From assembly GCA_040755855.1 (NCBI GenBank), contig JBFMAD010000002.1:128001-192000 (forward strand): a stretch of DNA of 64,000 bases. The letters are read 5' to 3'. The notes beneath the pieces were generated by a model. That model saw nothing but the letters and a program-made list of their open reading frames with translations. It had not been told where the DNA came from and searched no databases. The DNA comes from Planctomycetota bacterium. Lineage in GTDB: Bacteria; Planctomycetota; Brocadiia; JAADGH01. Position 1 is the stretch's first letter. The number at the start of each line of letters is the position of its first letter. Shown one piece after another: positions 49,086 to 58,749 of the stretch. Made by a program: the position numbers and the translations under genes.

Positions 49086-51251
49086 ATGGACATATCGCGG
49101 CAGATCAAGTATCGCCCCGCCAAGGTCGTGGGTGGATATACCGACCGGATTCTCCGAATCAATCTCAGCGCTCAGGACATTGCCATTGAGGAATTGCCCG
49201 CCGACTTCAAGCGCAAGTATGTCGGCGGTCGCGGGTATGCCCTGAAGGTCATCTGGGACGGCGCGACGCGGAACACCCGGTATGACAGCCCGGAGAACAT
49301 CCTCGTGATGGCGAGCGGGCCGCTGGGCAACGAGCCGGGATTCCCCGGCACGGGCAAGTTCATCGTCGGCGCGATCTCGCCCCTCACCGATACGTTCATT
49401 GACTCAAATGTAGGCGGGCACTTTGGCCCCTTGCTCAAGCGGGCGGGGTTTGACGCCATCGCCGTCTCCGGAATCGCCGAGAAAGATGTGGTCATCCTCG
49501 TGGACGGCGACGCGGGAACGATCGCCATCGCCTCTGCACCCGCCTATGACGGCGATACGGGCGGCGGGGCGCTCTCCTTCGGCCAGCGCCTCCTGAAGGA
49601 TGTGAACGGCGGGGAGTACAGCGACACCGTGGCCGCCGTCACGGCGGGCAAGGGCGCGCTCCACGCACGGTTCGGCATCGTCAACAGCCTGTTTTTCGAC
49701 GCGAAGCGGGGACGCATCCGCTCCAAGCAGGCCGGCCGGGGCGGCACGGGGACTGTCATGCGGTTCAAACGGCTCCGCGCGATCGTCGCCCGCAGCAGCC
49801 TGCGCAAGGGGAACGGCAACAACGCCGTGGACCCGCAGGCCGTGCGGCAGGCAGGCGCGGCGCTGAAGCAGGTGGTGCGTACCTGCGACCCGCATCAGCT
49901 CCACCTGGGGGCGTGGGGGACGACGGGCCTGTCCGAGTACATGGACAAGTTCCACATCTTTCCGATCAAGAACTTCCAGTACGGGCAAAGCCCCGAGTCG
50001 CACAAGATCTTCGGCCAGGTCTTCCTCGACCGCTACTTCAGCAAGGCGCTGCCGGACGGATGCTACTATGGGTGCAATCTCGCCTGTTCCAAGGGCGCGG
50101 AGGATGTGGAGCTGACCGCCGGACCCAAGGCGGGGCGCAAGGTGGACGTGGACGGCCCGGAGTACGAGACTGTCGGCGCCGTCTCCTGCATGGGCATCTT
50201 CGATCCGCATTTCGTCATGGAGTATAACTGGTATTGCGACGAGTACGGCCTCGATACCATCTCGACGGGGGTGGCCATATCCTTCTTTATGGAATGCTTC
50301 GAGCGCGGATTCCTGACTGTTGATGACGTGGGTTATGAACTGACCTTCGGCAACATCGAGGCCGCGCACAGGGTCCTCCACGAGATCGCCGACGGCGAGG
50401 GCTTCGGCAATGTGGTCGGCCAGGGCGTGGCCCGGGGCAAGAAGTGGGTCGCGCAGCGCTACGCCTCCCGGAACGGAAAGGCCGAGGCTGAGGTCATGGC
50501 CGAACTGAGCAAGTTCGGGATGGAGGTCAAGGGGCTGGAGTTCTCCATGTATATCAGCAAGGAATCCCTCGCCCAGCAGGGCGGCTACGGCTTTGCGCTC
50601 AAAGGCCCTCAGCACGACGAAGCGTGGCTCATCTTCATTGACCAAGTGCACAAAGAGATCCCCACCTTCGAGCAGAAGGCGCTTGCCCTCAAGTGGTTCC
50701 CCCTCATCCGCACGTGGTTCAATGCGACGGGCCTCTGCAAGCTGCCGTGGATTGACGTGCGCAATCCGGAGGCCGCCAAGACCCCGGAGCCGGCGAAAAA
50801 CACCCCGACCCTCGCCCATTACGTGGCCTACCTCAACGCCACGACGGGCAGCAAGAAGACCCTTCAGGACGTGCTGGACGATTCGGAGCGGCTCTACGTC
50901 CTCCAGAAACTCGTCAACGTGCGGCAGGGCAAGGGGACCCGCGCCAGCGATCAAATCCCCCTGAGGGCGATGGGGCCTGCGTTCCTGAATGAATACGAGG
51001 CCCGCGAGGCATATTATGATGAACGGTTGAAAGAGCAGCTCGGGGATGGTAAACTGCCTGACCGCATTGAGGAGCGACATCGGCTCCTCATGCAGAAACG
51101 GATCGAAGCCTATCAGCGCCTCTGCGATGTGGTTTATGAGGAAAAGGGCTTCACCTCCGACGGCATACCGAAGCGCGAGACCGTCGAAAAATTCGGCCTG
51201 ATGGACGAACAGGCGAAACAGTTGCTCGACGAATACGGCGTGCGAGGTTGA
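49086..51251 (+). CDS. aor: Aldehyde:ferredoxin oxidoreductase family (tungstopterin)
   Basis: 'ILRINLS', 'Y.GGRG', 'SPLT...DSNVGG', 'AGRGG.G.VM', 'C..GC..AC', 'GPEYET', 'DEYGLDTIS', 'VKGLE', 'G.C'. Confidence 0.93.
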   Translation: MDISRQIKYRPAKVVGGYTDRILRINLSAQDIAIEELPADFKRKYVGGRGYALKVIWDGATRNTRYDSPENILVMASGPLGNEPGFPGTGKFIVGAISPLTDTFIDSNVGGHFGPLLKRAGFDAIAVSGIAEKDVVILVDGDAGTIAIASAPAYDGDTGGGALSFGQRLLKDVNGGEYSDTVAAVTAGKGALHARFGIVNSLFFDAKRGRIRSKQAGRGGTGTVMRFKRLRAIVARSSLRKGNGNNAVDPQAVRQAGAALKQVVRTCDPHQLHLGAWGTTGLSEYMDKFHIFPIKNFQYGQSPESHKIFGQVFLDRYFSKALPDGCYYGCNLACSKGAEDVELTAGPKAGRKVDVDGPEYETVGAVSCMGIFDPHFVMEYNWYCDEYGLDTISTGVAISFFMECFERGFLTVDDVGYELTFGNIEAAHRVLHEIADGEGFGNVVGQGVARGKKWVAQRYASRNGKAEAEVMAELSKFGMEVKGLEFSMYISKESLAQQGGYGFALKGPQHDEAWLIFIDQVHKEIPTFEQKALALKWFPLIRTWFNATGLCKLPWIDVRNPEAAKTPEPAKNTPTLAHYVAYLNATTGSKKTLQDVLDDSERLYVLQKLVNVRQGKGTRASDQIPLRAMGPAFLNEYEAREAYYDERLKEQLGDGKLPDRIEERHRLLMQKRIEAYQRLCDVVYEEKGFTSDGIPKRETVEKFGLMDEQAKQLLDEYGVRG

Positions 51252-51500
51252 ATGATGGTCGTCTCCATTGATTTCCACGGAACGCAGCGCAGCCTGACGC
51301 GAACCCACAGCATCCACATGCCCATCACCGAGACGAGTAAGGTGATGGACGCCCTCGAATACGTCCGGCGGCAATATCCCGGACTCACACTGGACGAGCG
51401 GACGGTCCTCGTTACCGTCAATCACCAGCTTGTGCCGCACCACCAGGCGCTTCGGCCCAACGACAAGATCGCCTTCCTGCCCCCCATCGGCGGCGGGTGA
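51252..51500 (+). CDS. moaD: MoaD/ThiS family sulfur carrier
   Basis: Beta-grasp pattern 'VTVN...[13 protein letters not shown]' with C-terminal GG, next to aor. Confidence 0.88.
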   Translation: MMVVSIDFHGTQRSLTRTHSIHMPITETSKVMDALEYVRRQYPGLTLDERTVLVTVNHQLVPHHQALRPNDKIAFLPPIGGG

Positions 51501-51553
51501 GATTGTCCAGGTCGTCGAATCTGTTGTCTTTCCCACCGCGGCGATTAACTACC

Positions 51554-51582
51554 TTGCGCTGAGCGTGCTCCCAGGCTACAAT
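51554..51582 (+). promoter_or_regulatory. Sigma70-type promoter for msrAB
   Basis: TTGCGC-17 nt-TACAAT. Confidence 0.45.
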
Positions 51583-51660
51583 AGAGAGATGGAGCGGCAT
51601 CGCAGGAACTTGCCATGCCGCTGCCGTTGGAAACCGGCGATTGGGATTGGAGGTCGCACG

Positions 51661-52587
51661 ATGAGACGCATGAAAATCATCGCTATTGTGCTGGGGGTGG
51701 TAGCGGCGGTCTCGCTCCGCTGCGCATCTGGAGAGGACACGGGCATGAAGTATAACGACCTGACCCCGGAAGAAGAGCGCGTCATCCTCCGCAAGGGGAC
51801 TGAGCGGCCCTTCACGGGGAAGTACCACGACTTCGACAAGAAGGGTATCTACACCTGCAAGCGCTGCGACGCGGCGCTCTACCGGTCCGAGGACAAGTTC
51901 AAGTCCGGCTGCGGCTGGCCGAGCTTCGACGACGAGATACCAGGCGCGGTGAAGCGCCAGACCGACGCCGACGGCGAGCGCACGGAGATCCTCTGCGCCC
52001 GATGCGGGGCGCATCTCGGCCATGTCTTTACGGGAGAGCGCCTGACGCCGAAAGATGTTCGCCATTGCGTAAATTCCATCTCCATGAATTTCGTCCCCGC
52101 CGAGCGGGTCGGCCGGGCCATCTTCGCGGGCGGGTGCTTCTGGGGCGTGGAGCACCTGCTTCAGCAGCAACCAGGAGTGCTCTCCGTGACGTCGGGCTAC
52201 ATCGGCGGCAAGACGGAGAACCCCACCTACAAGGAGGTCTGCGCCCACACGACCGGCCACGCCGAGGCGGTGGAGGTCCTCTACGATAAGGACAAGGTGG
52301 ATTACGAGACGCTGGCGCGGCTCTTCTTCGAGATTCACGACCCCACGCAGGTGAACCGGCAAGGCCCGGACATCGGCGACCAATACCGATCCGCCGTGTT
52401 TTACGTGGACGAGGAGCAGAAAAAGACGGCGGAGAAACTCATCGCCATCCTGAAGGAGAAGGGCCTGGATGTCGCCACCGAGGTCGTCCCCGCCACGCGC
52501 TTCTGGCCCGCCGAGGACTACCACCAGGACTACTACCGCAAGACCGGCAAGCAGCCCTACTGCCACGTGCGGACGAAGCGGTTTTGA
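51661..52587 (+). CDS. msrAB: Exported bifunctional methionine sulfoxide reductase B/A
   Basis: Signal peptide; MsrB 'GTERPF', 'GCGWPSF', 'HLGHVF', 'RHCVNS'; MsrA 'GGCFWG', 'GHAEAV', 'DPT..RQG.D.G.QYRS', 'AEDYHQ'. Confidence 0.95.
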   Translation: MRRMKIIAIVLGVVAAVSLRCASGEDTGMKYNDLTPEEERVILRKGTERPFTGKYHDFDKKGIYTCKRCDAALYRSEDKFKSGCGWPSFDDEIPGAVKRQTDADGERTEILCARCGAHLGHVFTGERLTPKDVRHCVNSISMNFVPAERVGRAIFAGGCFWGVEHLLQQQPGVLSVTSGYIGGKTENPTYKEVCAHTTGHAEAVEVLYDKDKVDYETLARLFFEIHDPTQVNRQGPDIGDQYRSAVFYVDEEQKKTAEKLIAILKEKGLDVATEVVPATRFWPAEDYHQDYYRKTGKQPYCHVRTKRF

Positions 52588-52605
52588 ACTTCCGGAAAAA
52601 CGGCG

Positions 52606-53637
52606 TTACGGCTTCACCACCGCCTTCAGCACGCCATCCCCCGAATGATGCACGAGCGTCAGCGCCTCGGCCACCCGATCCAACGGGAACTCGTGGGTGA
52701 TGAGGGACTTGACGTCGAACCGGCCATTCTCCAGCATCCGCATCGCGCGCGGATAGACGTGGCAGTAGCGACGGACCGACTTGATCGTGACCTCCTTGCG
52801 CCGCGCGGCGCCGAAGTCGAAGGGGATCACGTCCTCCTGGCAGATGCCGATGAGGATAATCATCCCGCCGGGCCGGACCAGCTCGACGGTTTGCTTGAAC
52901 GACAACGGATGCCCCGCCGCCTCGAAGACCACGTCCACGCCCCGCCCATTGGTGTTGTCCAGGATGGTTCGCTTGACGTCCTGCTCCTTGAAGTTGATCG
53001 CGAAGTCCGCGCCCAGTTTTTTCGCCAGGTCGAGACGGCTCGGGACCATGTCGCTGATGAAGCTCCGCTCGATCCCCGCGCGCAGGGCCGCCTGAAGCGT
53101 GAGGAGTCCGATGGTGGACGACCCGAGCACCGCCGCCGACTGCCCCGCGAGAATCTCCGCCATGTCCGCGGCATACACGCCCACGGCCAGCGGCTCGGCG
53201 AGCGACGCCTCCTCGAAGGGAATCTCGTCGGACACGGGAAAGGTGAAATCAATCGGCCAGGCGACCAGCTCGCAGAACGCTCCGTCCACCGGCGGCGTGC
53301 CCATGAACTCCATCTTGCGGCAGATGTTGTATCGCCCGCCCCGGCAATACTCGCAAACGCGACAGGGGATGCCCGGCTCCATGACGACGCGCTGGCCGAC
53401 GCGGAACTCCGTGACGTCGCCGCCGAGCGCGACGACCTCGCCCGCGCACTCGTGGCCGAGGATGATCGGCTGCTCCACCTTGTGCGCGCCGAGGCCCCCG
53501 CTCCAGAAGTAGTGCACGTCGGAACCACATACGCCTACGGCCTTTACGCGGATCAGCACGTCCTTCGGTCCCGGCTTAGGGTCGGGGCGGTTTTCGATCT
53601 TGATGTTCCGGTCGCTGTAAAGTACGGCTGCTTTCAT
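52606..53637 (-). CDS. Zn-dependent alcohol dehydrogenase (sorbitol/iditol dehydrogenase-like)
   Basis: 'GVCGSDVH', 'GHE', 'C..C..C......C', 'EPLAVG'. Confidence 0.92.
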   Translation of the reverse strand: MKAAVLYSDRNIKIENRPDPKPGPKDVLIRVKAVGVCGSDVHYFWSGGLGAHKVEQPIILGHECAGEVVALGGDVTEFRVGQRVVMEPGIPCRVCEYCRGGRYNICRKMEFMGTPPVDGAFCELVAWPIDFTFPVSDEIPFEEASLAEPLAVGVYAADMAEILAGQSAAVLGSSTIGLLTLQAALRAGIERSFISDMVPSRLDLAKKLGADFAINFKEQDVKRTILDNTNGRGVDVVFEAAGHPLSFKQTVELVRPGGMIILIGICQEDVIPFDFGAARRKEVTIKSVRRYCHVYPRAMRMLENGRFDVKSLITHEFPLDRVAEALTLVHHSGDGVLKAVVKP

Positions 53638-53652
53638 TTCTTCTTCCTTTTG

Positions 53653-54441
53653 TTAAATGATCGTAACCTCGCCGCCGAGGAACCTGTGGCGCTCCCCGTC
53701 AAGGGTCTGGACGATGAGCGCGCCGGTCTCATCAATGTCCACGGCCCGGCCGGTGACCAGCTCGCGCTCATGCCTCACGCGGACCCGCTCGCCCAGCATG
53801 GGACAGAGGGGCTTGATGGCGGTGATGAGGTCGGTCAGCGCCTCCGGTTCGGTTCGCAGGTAGAACTCCTCGAAGCGATCCAGGATCGAGGCGATCAGGG
53901 CCTCACGGGAGAACTCCCTGTCGCACGCGATGCGCAGCGACGTGGCGGTCTCGGCCAGATCGGTGGGGAAATCCTCCGCGCGGGTGTTGACGTTGATCCC
54001 GATGCCGAGGATGACGAAGGGCGGCCCGCCGCCGTGGCCGCTTTCGCCGAGGACGCCAGCGACCTTTTTACTGTTGAGGATCACGTCGTTCGGCCATTTT
54101 ATCTCGGCCCGGATGCCGGCCTCGGCGCGGATGGCCGTGGCGGTGGTGAACGCGCCGAGGAGGGAAAGGATTTCCGGGCGACGGGTGTGGAACGGCGAAC
54201 GGAGGATCAGCGACATGTAGATGCCCGCGCCGTTTGGCGAGAACCACTTCCGCCCCTGGCGGCCCTTTCCGGCGGTCTGGCCCTCGGCGATGACGAGGGC
54301 GCCGTCGGGACCGCCTTTCTGCGCGCGCTCGCGGGCGATTATGTTGGTGGACGTGGTTTCGCTCAGGCAGAAGATATCCCGCCCCAAAACCTTCGCGTTC
54401 AGGCGGGATCGTAGTCCGTCGGCGGTCAAGGGATCGTCTAT
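53653..54441 (-). CDS. birA: Biotin--protein ligase (no HTH)
   Basis: 'STN', 'QTAGKGRQGR.W', 'KWPND', 'KVAG.L', 'GIGIN'. Start proposed at ATA 54441; the first canonical start is TTG 54429. Confidence 0.92.
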   Translation of the reverse strand: MDDPLTADGLRSRLNAKVLGRDIFCLSETTSTNIIARERAQKGGPDGALVIAEGQTAGKGRQGRKWFSPNGAGIYMSLILRSPFHTRRPEILSLLGAFTTATAIRAEAGIRAEIKWPNDVILNSKKVAGVLGESGHGGGPPFVILGIGINVNTRAEDFPTDLAETATSLRIACDREFSREALIASILDRFEEFYLRTEPEALTDLITAIKPLCPMLGERVRVRHERELVTGRAVDIDETGALIVQTLDGERHRFLGGEVTII

Positions 54442-54523
54442 GATTGGCTCCTCCGCTGTCGGTAAAAGCGGAAAGATACCACATCACGCGGCGCGGGTCA
54501 AGTTTGCGGAGAGGGATTTCGGA

Positions 54524-55150
54524 CTAACTTCCTTCTGCTTCTCGCTTGAGGAACCATGCGGTTGTCTCGTCCACGCCCTTGCGCGGCGGGGCCTTGGGCG
54601 TCTTATCGCTATCGTAGTATCCGATGGTTATGCCCTGGCAGATCTCGAAGCCCTTGGGGATGTCGAGCTTCGCCTTGAGCGCCTTCGACTGGTTGATCGC
54701 GCCGACCCATCCCATGCAGCACGTGCCCAGGCCCAGCTCATGCGCGGCCAGCATCATGTTCTGCGCGGCGAGGGAGCAGTCCTTGAAGTAGGTGGATGAA
54801 CTGTCCCTCATCGCCCCGATGAGGATCAACCCCGGCGCGCCGTGGAAGGCATGGGGCCGGACCGACTTTATAGCGCGTTTGCCCTTCTCACCGCTCAGCT
54901 CCTTTTTGAACAGGCCGACGATGGGGCGGAGTTTTTTGATCGTCTCGCCGATGCGAAACATCTCCGCCTCGATCTCGGCCAGGAGACCCGGCTCGGTGAC
55001 GACGATGAACCGGCACGGCTGCTGGTTCTGTCCGCTCGGCGCCCACAGGCCCGCCTCGATCACCTGCTCGATCTTCTCCCTCTCGACCGGCTTGTCCAGA
55101 AAATTTCCCTTGATGCTCCGACGTGTCTTGATGGCTTCAATGACGTTCAT
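54524..55150 (-). CDS. Nitroreductase family protein
   Basis: 'I.TRRSI', 'APSG.N.QP', 'AAQNM.LAA..LGLGTC', 'IGY'. Confidence 0.92.
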   Translation of the reverse strand: MNVIEAIKTRRSIKGNFLDKPVEREKIEQVIEAGLWAPSGQNQQPCRFIVVTEPGLLAEIEAEMFRIGETIKKLRPIVGLFKKELSGEKGKRAIKSVRPHAFHGAPGLILIGAMRDSSSTYFKDCSLAAQNMMLAAHELGLGTCCMGWVGAINQSKALKAKLDIPKGFEICQGITIGYYDSDKTPKAPPRKGVDETTAWFLKREAEGS

Positions 55151-55161
55151 GTTTTTTCTTC

Positions 55162-55189
55162 AATCCAAAATCACAAATACAAAATCAGA
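55162..55189. repeat. AATCNNA heptamer array at the cupin 3' end
   Basis: AATCCAA/AATCACA/AATACAA/AATCAGA. Confidence 0.7.
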
Positions 55190-55508
55190 GGTAATCCTCC
55201 CGCGGCGGGGAGAAGACATCCAGAGTTCGCGCCGCCCGGCCGGTGGACGCCGCGCGGTGGGCGACGTTGCCGGGGATGATGTAAGTATCCCCGGCTCGAA
55301 CGATCCGCGTCTCGCCGCCGATGGTCAGCTCGAACTCGCCCTCCAGGACATAGCCCAACTGCTCGTGCGGGTGGCTGTGCGAGCCGATCACGCCCCCCGG
55401 CTCGAAGTCGAGGAATGAGAACATGATCTTCTCGCCGGCAACGACGCGGATCGTGATTCCCCTGCCGATTTTGTGTTCCTTGAAACCGGCCGGATCCGGG
55501 AATGACAT
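55185..55508 (-). CDS. Cupin domain protein
   Basis: 'HSHPHEQ.GYV.EG', 'GD.Y.IP.NV.H', '[10 protein letters not shown]'. Confidence 0.92.
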   Translation of the reverse strand: MSFPDPAGFKEHKIGRGITIRVVAGEKIMFSFLDFEPGGVIGSHSHPHEQLGYVLEGEFELTIGGETRIVRAGDTYIIPGNVAHRAASTGRAARTLDVFSPPREDYL

Positions 55509-55523
55509 GCTTCCCTTTCTTCA

Positions 55524-55551
55524 AATCGAAAATCGCCAATCGAAAATCGGA
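55524..55551. repeat. AATCGNN heptamer array at the cupin 5' end
   Basis: AATCGAA/AATCGCC/AATCGAA/AATCGGA. Confidence 0.8.
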
Positions 55552-55614
55552 AATTAAGTTGCCGATGCAAGAAGGTAGCGCCTTGCTCTCCGATGGTCAA
55601 GGAAAAACGTCGCC

Positions 55615-57288
55615 TCACCGCGCCGGTATCACGGGCAGGACGATATGCGACGGATACTTCCGGTCGTGATGCACCACCTGCCGGGCCTCCCTGATCTCCG
55701 CATCCATCCCGAAGTCGTGGCCGGTGTTGGGGTTACGGTCGAAGCGCGGAAAATTGCTGCTCGATATGTCCACCCGGATGCGATGCCCCTTGCGGAAGAC
55801 GTTGCCCGTGACCCAGAGGTCAATCGTGAACTCGTAGACCTTGCCCGGCCTCATAAATTTCGCTTTTTCGAAAGATTCCCGGTATCGCGCCCGGAGGATC
55901 CCGTCGCACAGGTTCATGGCATAGCCGCATGGGTAGACATCCAGCAGCTTCCCCGTGAAATCGCTATCCCGCGCCGACGATGAGGCGTAGAGCTTCACGA
56001 CGATCGGGCCCGTCACCTCCAGATCCTCCTCCATCGGGTCGGTCGTGTAAACCAGCACGTCCTGCCGGCGTTCGGTCGGCCGCTGGTCGTATGGACCCCA
56101 GGGCAGGATGTTCGGCGCGCAGCAGTTGTTCCCGCCCATCGTCGGGACGGGCGTGTGCGGGTCGTAGGTGAACCGGTCGGGCGGCTCGTCGCTCGGCGTC
56201 TCGGTGGAGAGGACGCCGTCGCCGAGGAGCGAGTTCGCGCCGCCCCGGCTGTGGAAGTAGTAGTTCGTCCACTCCGTCCGCGCCAGGGGCCACTCGCGCT
56301 CGTCGCGCCAGATGTTGCGACCCATGATGAAGAGACGGATCGGCGCGTCCTGTATCGCGGCGGATTCATTTCCTTTCAGGTATCGCTCAAGCCATTGATC
56401 CTCGACGGCCTCGAGGTCAATCTTGGAATCCGGCCCGAAGTCAACCTCGCCCGTCTTCGTCGAAGCGCTGAGCGGGTGCGGCCAGGCCCCGACGATCAGG
56501 CGCGTGCCCTTGCGGGCCGACTCGCTGCCGCCGCGCTGCGTCATGCCGTTGAAGTTCGTGAAGACCTGCTTCGAGTAGAGGTCGTACCAGCCGCCCATGA
56601 TCAGCGCGGGAACGGTGATCTTCTCGTAGTTCTCCTCGACGCTGACTTCCTTCCAGTAGTCGTCGTAGCTTGGGTGGCTCACCCAATCCTTCCAGTGCTT
56701 GACATGCCGCCCGGCCTGCTCGTCGGCGGTGATGAGCGGCAGCGCGCGGAAGAGTTTGCACCAGTCGTAGTGATCCACGTTCTGGTTCACTCGACCCAAC
56801 ATGCGGAACCCCCACAGCATGTTGAGGGCGAGCTGGAACGCCCCGCCGCCATAGTTGGGGCTGTCGTAGAAGTTAGATGTGATCACGCGGGGCGCGATGC
56901 AGGTCAGGCGCTTGCTCCCGCGCATGGCCGAAAGCCACTGCACCAGGCCGAGGTACGACCCGCCGACCATGCCGATCTTGCCGTTGCACCACGGCTGCTT
57001 CGCAATCCATTCCTGCGTGTCGAAGCCGTCGTCGGCCTCCTGGTGCCAGGGGTAGAAGTTGCCGTCGGAGTCGTATCGCCCGCGGCAGTCCTGGGCCACA
57101 AAGGCGTAGCCCCGGCTTGCGCAGAGCCTGCCCTTGCCGACGGAGCCGTTGTTGTCGTACGGCGTGCGGACGAGGATGGTCGGAAACGGTCCCGGTCCAT
57201 CGGGCATGTAGATGTCCGCCGACAGCGTCACGCCGTCGCGCATGGGGACCTTGACGTGGAACATCATCTTGACATTCTGCTCGGCCAT
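55615..57288 (-). CDS. CocE/NonD family serine hydrolase
   Basis: 'MRDGV.L..DIY', 'RTPY', 'QD.RG...S.G', nucleophile 'GGSYLG', 'GWYD', 'GAW.H', 'SS.FPR..RN.N'. Confidence 0.94.
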   Translation of the reverse strand: MAEQNVKMMFHVKVPMRDGVTLSADIYMPDGPGPFPTILVRTPYDNNGSVGKGRLCASRGYAFVAQDCRGRYDSDGNFYPWHQEADDGFDTQEWIAKQPWCNGKIGMVGGSYLGLVQWLSAMRGSKRLTCIAPRVITSNFYDSPNYGGGAFQLALNMLWGFRMLGRVNQNVDHYDWCKLFRALPLITADEQAGRHVKHWKDWVSHPSYDDYWKEVSVEENYEKITVPALIMGGWYDLYSKQVFTNFNGMTQRGGSESARKGTRLIVGAWPHPLSASTKTGEVDFGPDSKIDLEAVEDQWLERYLKGNESAAIQDAPIRLFIMGRNIWRDEREWPLARTEWTNYYFHSRGGANSLLGDGVLSTETPSDEPPDRFTYDPHTPVPTMGGNNCCAPNILPWGPYDQRPTERRQDVLVYTTDPMEEDLEVTGPIVVKLYASSSARDSDFTGKLLDVYPCGYAMNLCDGILRARYRESFEKAKFMRPGKVYEFTIDLWVTGNVFRKGHRIRVDISSSNFPRFDRNPNTGHDFGMDAEIREARQVVHHDRKYPSHIVLPVIPAR

Positions 57289-57339
57289 GCTTCGCCGCCC
57301 TCCCGGCAGGAGACAAGAGGCTGGAGTCCGTACAGAAAA

Positions 57340-57417
57340 TGGCGACCCCAACGGGATTTGAACCCGTGCTGCCAGGTTGAAAACCTGGTGTCCTAGGCCT
57401 GGCTAGACGATGGGGTC
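57340..57417 (-). tRNA. tRNA-Glu (UUC)
   Basis: Minus strand GACCCCA...CCAGG-TTTTCAA-CCTGG...ACGGG-TTCAAAT-CCCGT-TGGGGTC-G-CCA. Confidence 0.95.
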
Positions 57418-57460
57418 GCAGCCTTTTCCGAGAATTCGTCTACGGCTATCAGAACATTTT

Positions 57461-57489
57461 ATTTTATCAAACCGCATCACTGAAGGCAA
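57461..57489 (-). promoter_or_regulatory. tRNA-Glu promoter
   Basis: Minus strand TTGCCT-17 nt-TAAAAT with TG extension. Confidence 0.5.
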
Positions 57490-57542
57490 CTGAAAAATCC
57501 CCGCGCCGTAACAGGCCGTGCCGCAATCCTGTCGGCGGAGAG

Positions 57543-57607
57543 GGGAATGGGTAGAGGATATAGCAAAGAGGGAAGGAAAATGGTATAAGGAAAAGGGGGA
57601 AAGAGGA
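57543..57607. promoter_or_regulatory. Purine-rich bidirectional promoter cassette, copy B
   Basis: Plus TG-G-TATAAG (57581-57589) and minus TG-C-TATATC (57557-57565); homologous to 47827-47890. Confidence 0.65.
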
Positions 57608-57672
57608 TGCCGTGAAAAAAGGACCAAGAGGATGGAGCGCGCCTTGACCCGTCAGACAAAAACCTGGGAGTC

Positions 57673-58701
57673 ATGAGGATGAGCTTCGGGAAACCATCGC
57701 GACGGCAACTGGCGGAGATGTGTCGAAAGCTGGCAACGCTGTTCGACGCCGGGGTGCTGCCGCGGAAGGCGCTCGCCCTCCTGTCGCGAGGGCCCGGGCG
57801 GCTCTCCCGCGAGGTGATCGAGGACGCGGAGTCGTCCCTGGCTGCGGGGGATAGTGTGACCGAGGCGCTGTCGCTGCACGAGGGCTACTTCCCTCCGCTC
57901 CTCCTGACGCTGGTCGAGGTGGGCGAGCGCACCGGCACGCTGGAGCGCGTGCTGAGCCACATGGCCGACTACTACGAGAACATGGACATGCTCTTTAGGA
58001 GATTGTACCGGAGCATGATCTACCCCGTGTTCGTCATCACGTTCGCCATCCTGGTGACGGGCATGTTGAAATACCTCTTTGTCGAATTAAGGGCAAACTT
58101 CACCGGCGTCCCCGCCCCGCCGGGTGCGGCGCAGCAGGCGGTCGTCTGGCACTTCGTGGCTTGGTTCGGGGGGATCGGCCTGCTCGTCGCCCTCATCATC
58201 ATCTTCCGCACCGTTCTTCACGGGGGCGTTGTGATGGATCGTCTCCTGCTGCATGTGCCGGTGCTGGGGCGCGCCCTGCGGAAGCTGGCCATCGCGCGGT
58301 TCACGTGGGCATTTCAACTTTCCCAGGCGGCGGGGCTGGGGGTATCCGAGACGATTGACCGGGGGCTGGAATCCACGGGCAACAGGGCCTTCACTGCTGA
58401 GAGGGACCAGGTCCTGGCCCTGGTGAAGAGCGGCGAGGGGCTGCGTGATTCACTCGAGGCGTCAGGCCTGTTTCCGAGGGACACGCTGGAGATGATCGAG
58501 GTGGCCGAGACGTCCGGCAAGTTGGAGGAGTCCATGGGCCGCATCGCCAAGCACGCCTTCACCGACGCGGAGTTTGCGATCAACGCCCTGGCGAAGGCCT
58601 TTGGCTGGTTCGTCTGGGCCATCGCGGCGGGGGTTACGGCCTACTACGTCCTCTGGTTCTACGCCCAGTATCTCGGCGCCGTCGGGTCCATTGGGGGGTG
58701 A
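57673..58701 (+). CDS. Type II secretion system F / PilC family protein
   Basis: Two T2SSF repeats, 'L....AG..', 'VGE.TG.LE..L..MADYYE...MIYP' and 'E.SG.LE', plus TM helices. Confidence 0.9.
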   Translation: MRMSFGKPSRRQLAEMCRKLATLFDAGVLPRKALALLSRGPGRLSREVIEDAESSLAAGDSVTEALSLHEGYFPPLLLTLVEVGERTGTLERVLSHMADYYENMDMLFRRLYRSMIYPVFVITFAILVTGMLKYLFVELRANFTGVPAPPGAAQQAVVWHFVAWFGGIGLLVALIIIFRTVLHGGVVMDRLLLHVPVLGRALRKLAIARFTWAFQLSQAAGLGVSETIDRGLESTGNRAFTAERDQVLALVKSGEGLRDSLEASGLFPRDTLEMIEVAETSGKLEESMGRIAKHAFTDAEFAINALAKAFGWFVWAIAAGVTAYYVLWFYAQYLGAVGSIGG

Positions 58702-58749
58702 ATCTGCGTTTTCAATGGACCCGACGAGTTCTCCTTGTCGTTCCTTGCT

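Noticed and set aside
49086..52587. Selenocysteine recoding in AOR/MsrAB
   Set aside because: The catalytic positions are ordinary Cys and there is no in-frame TGA.
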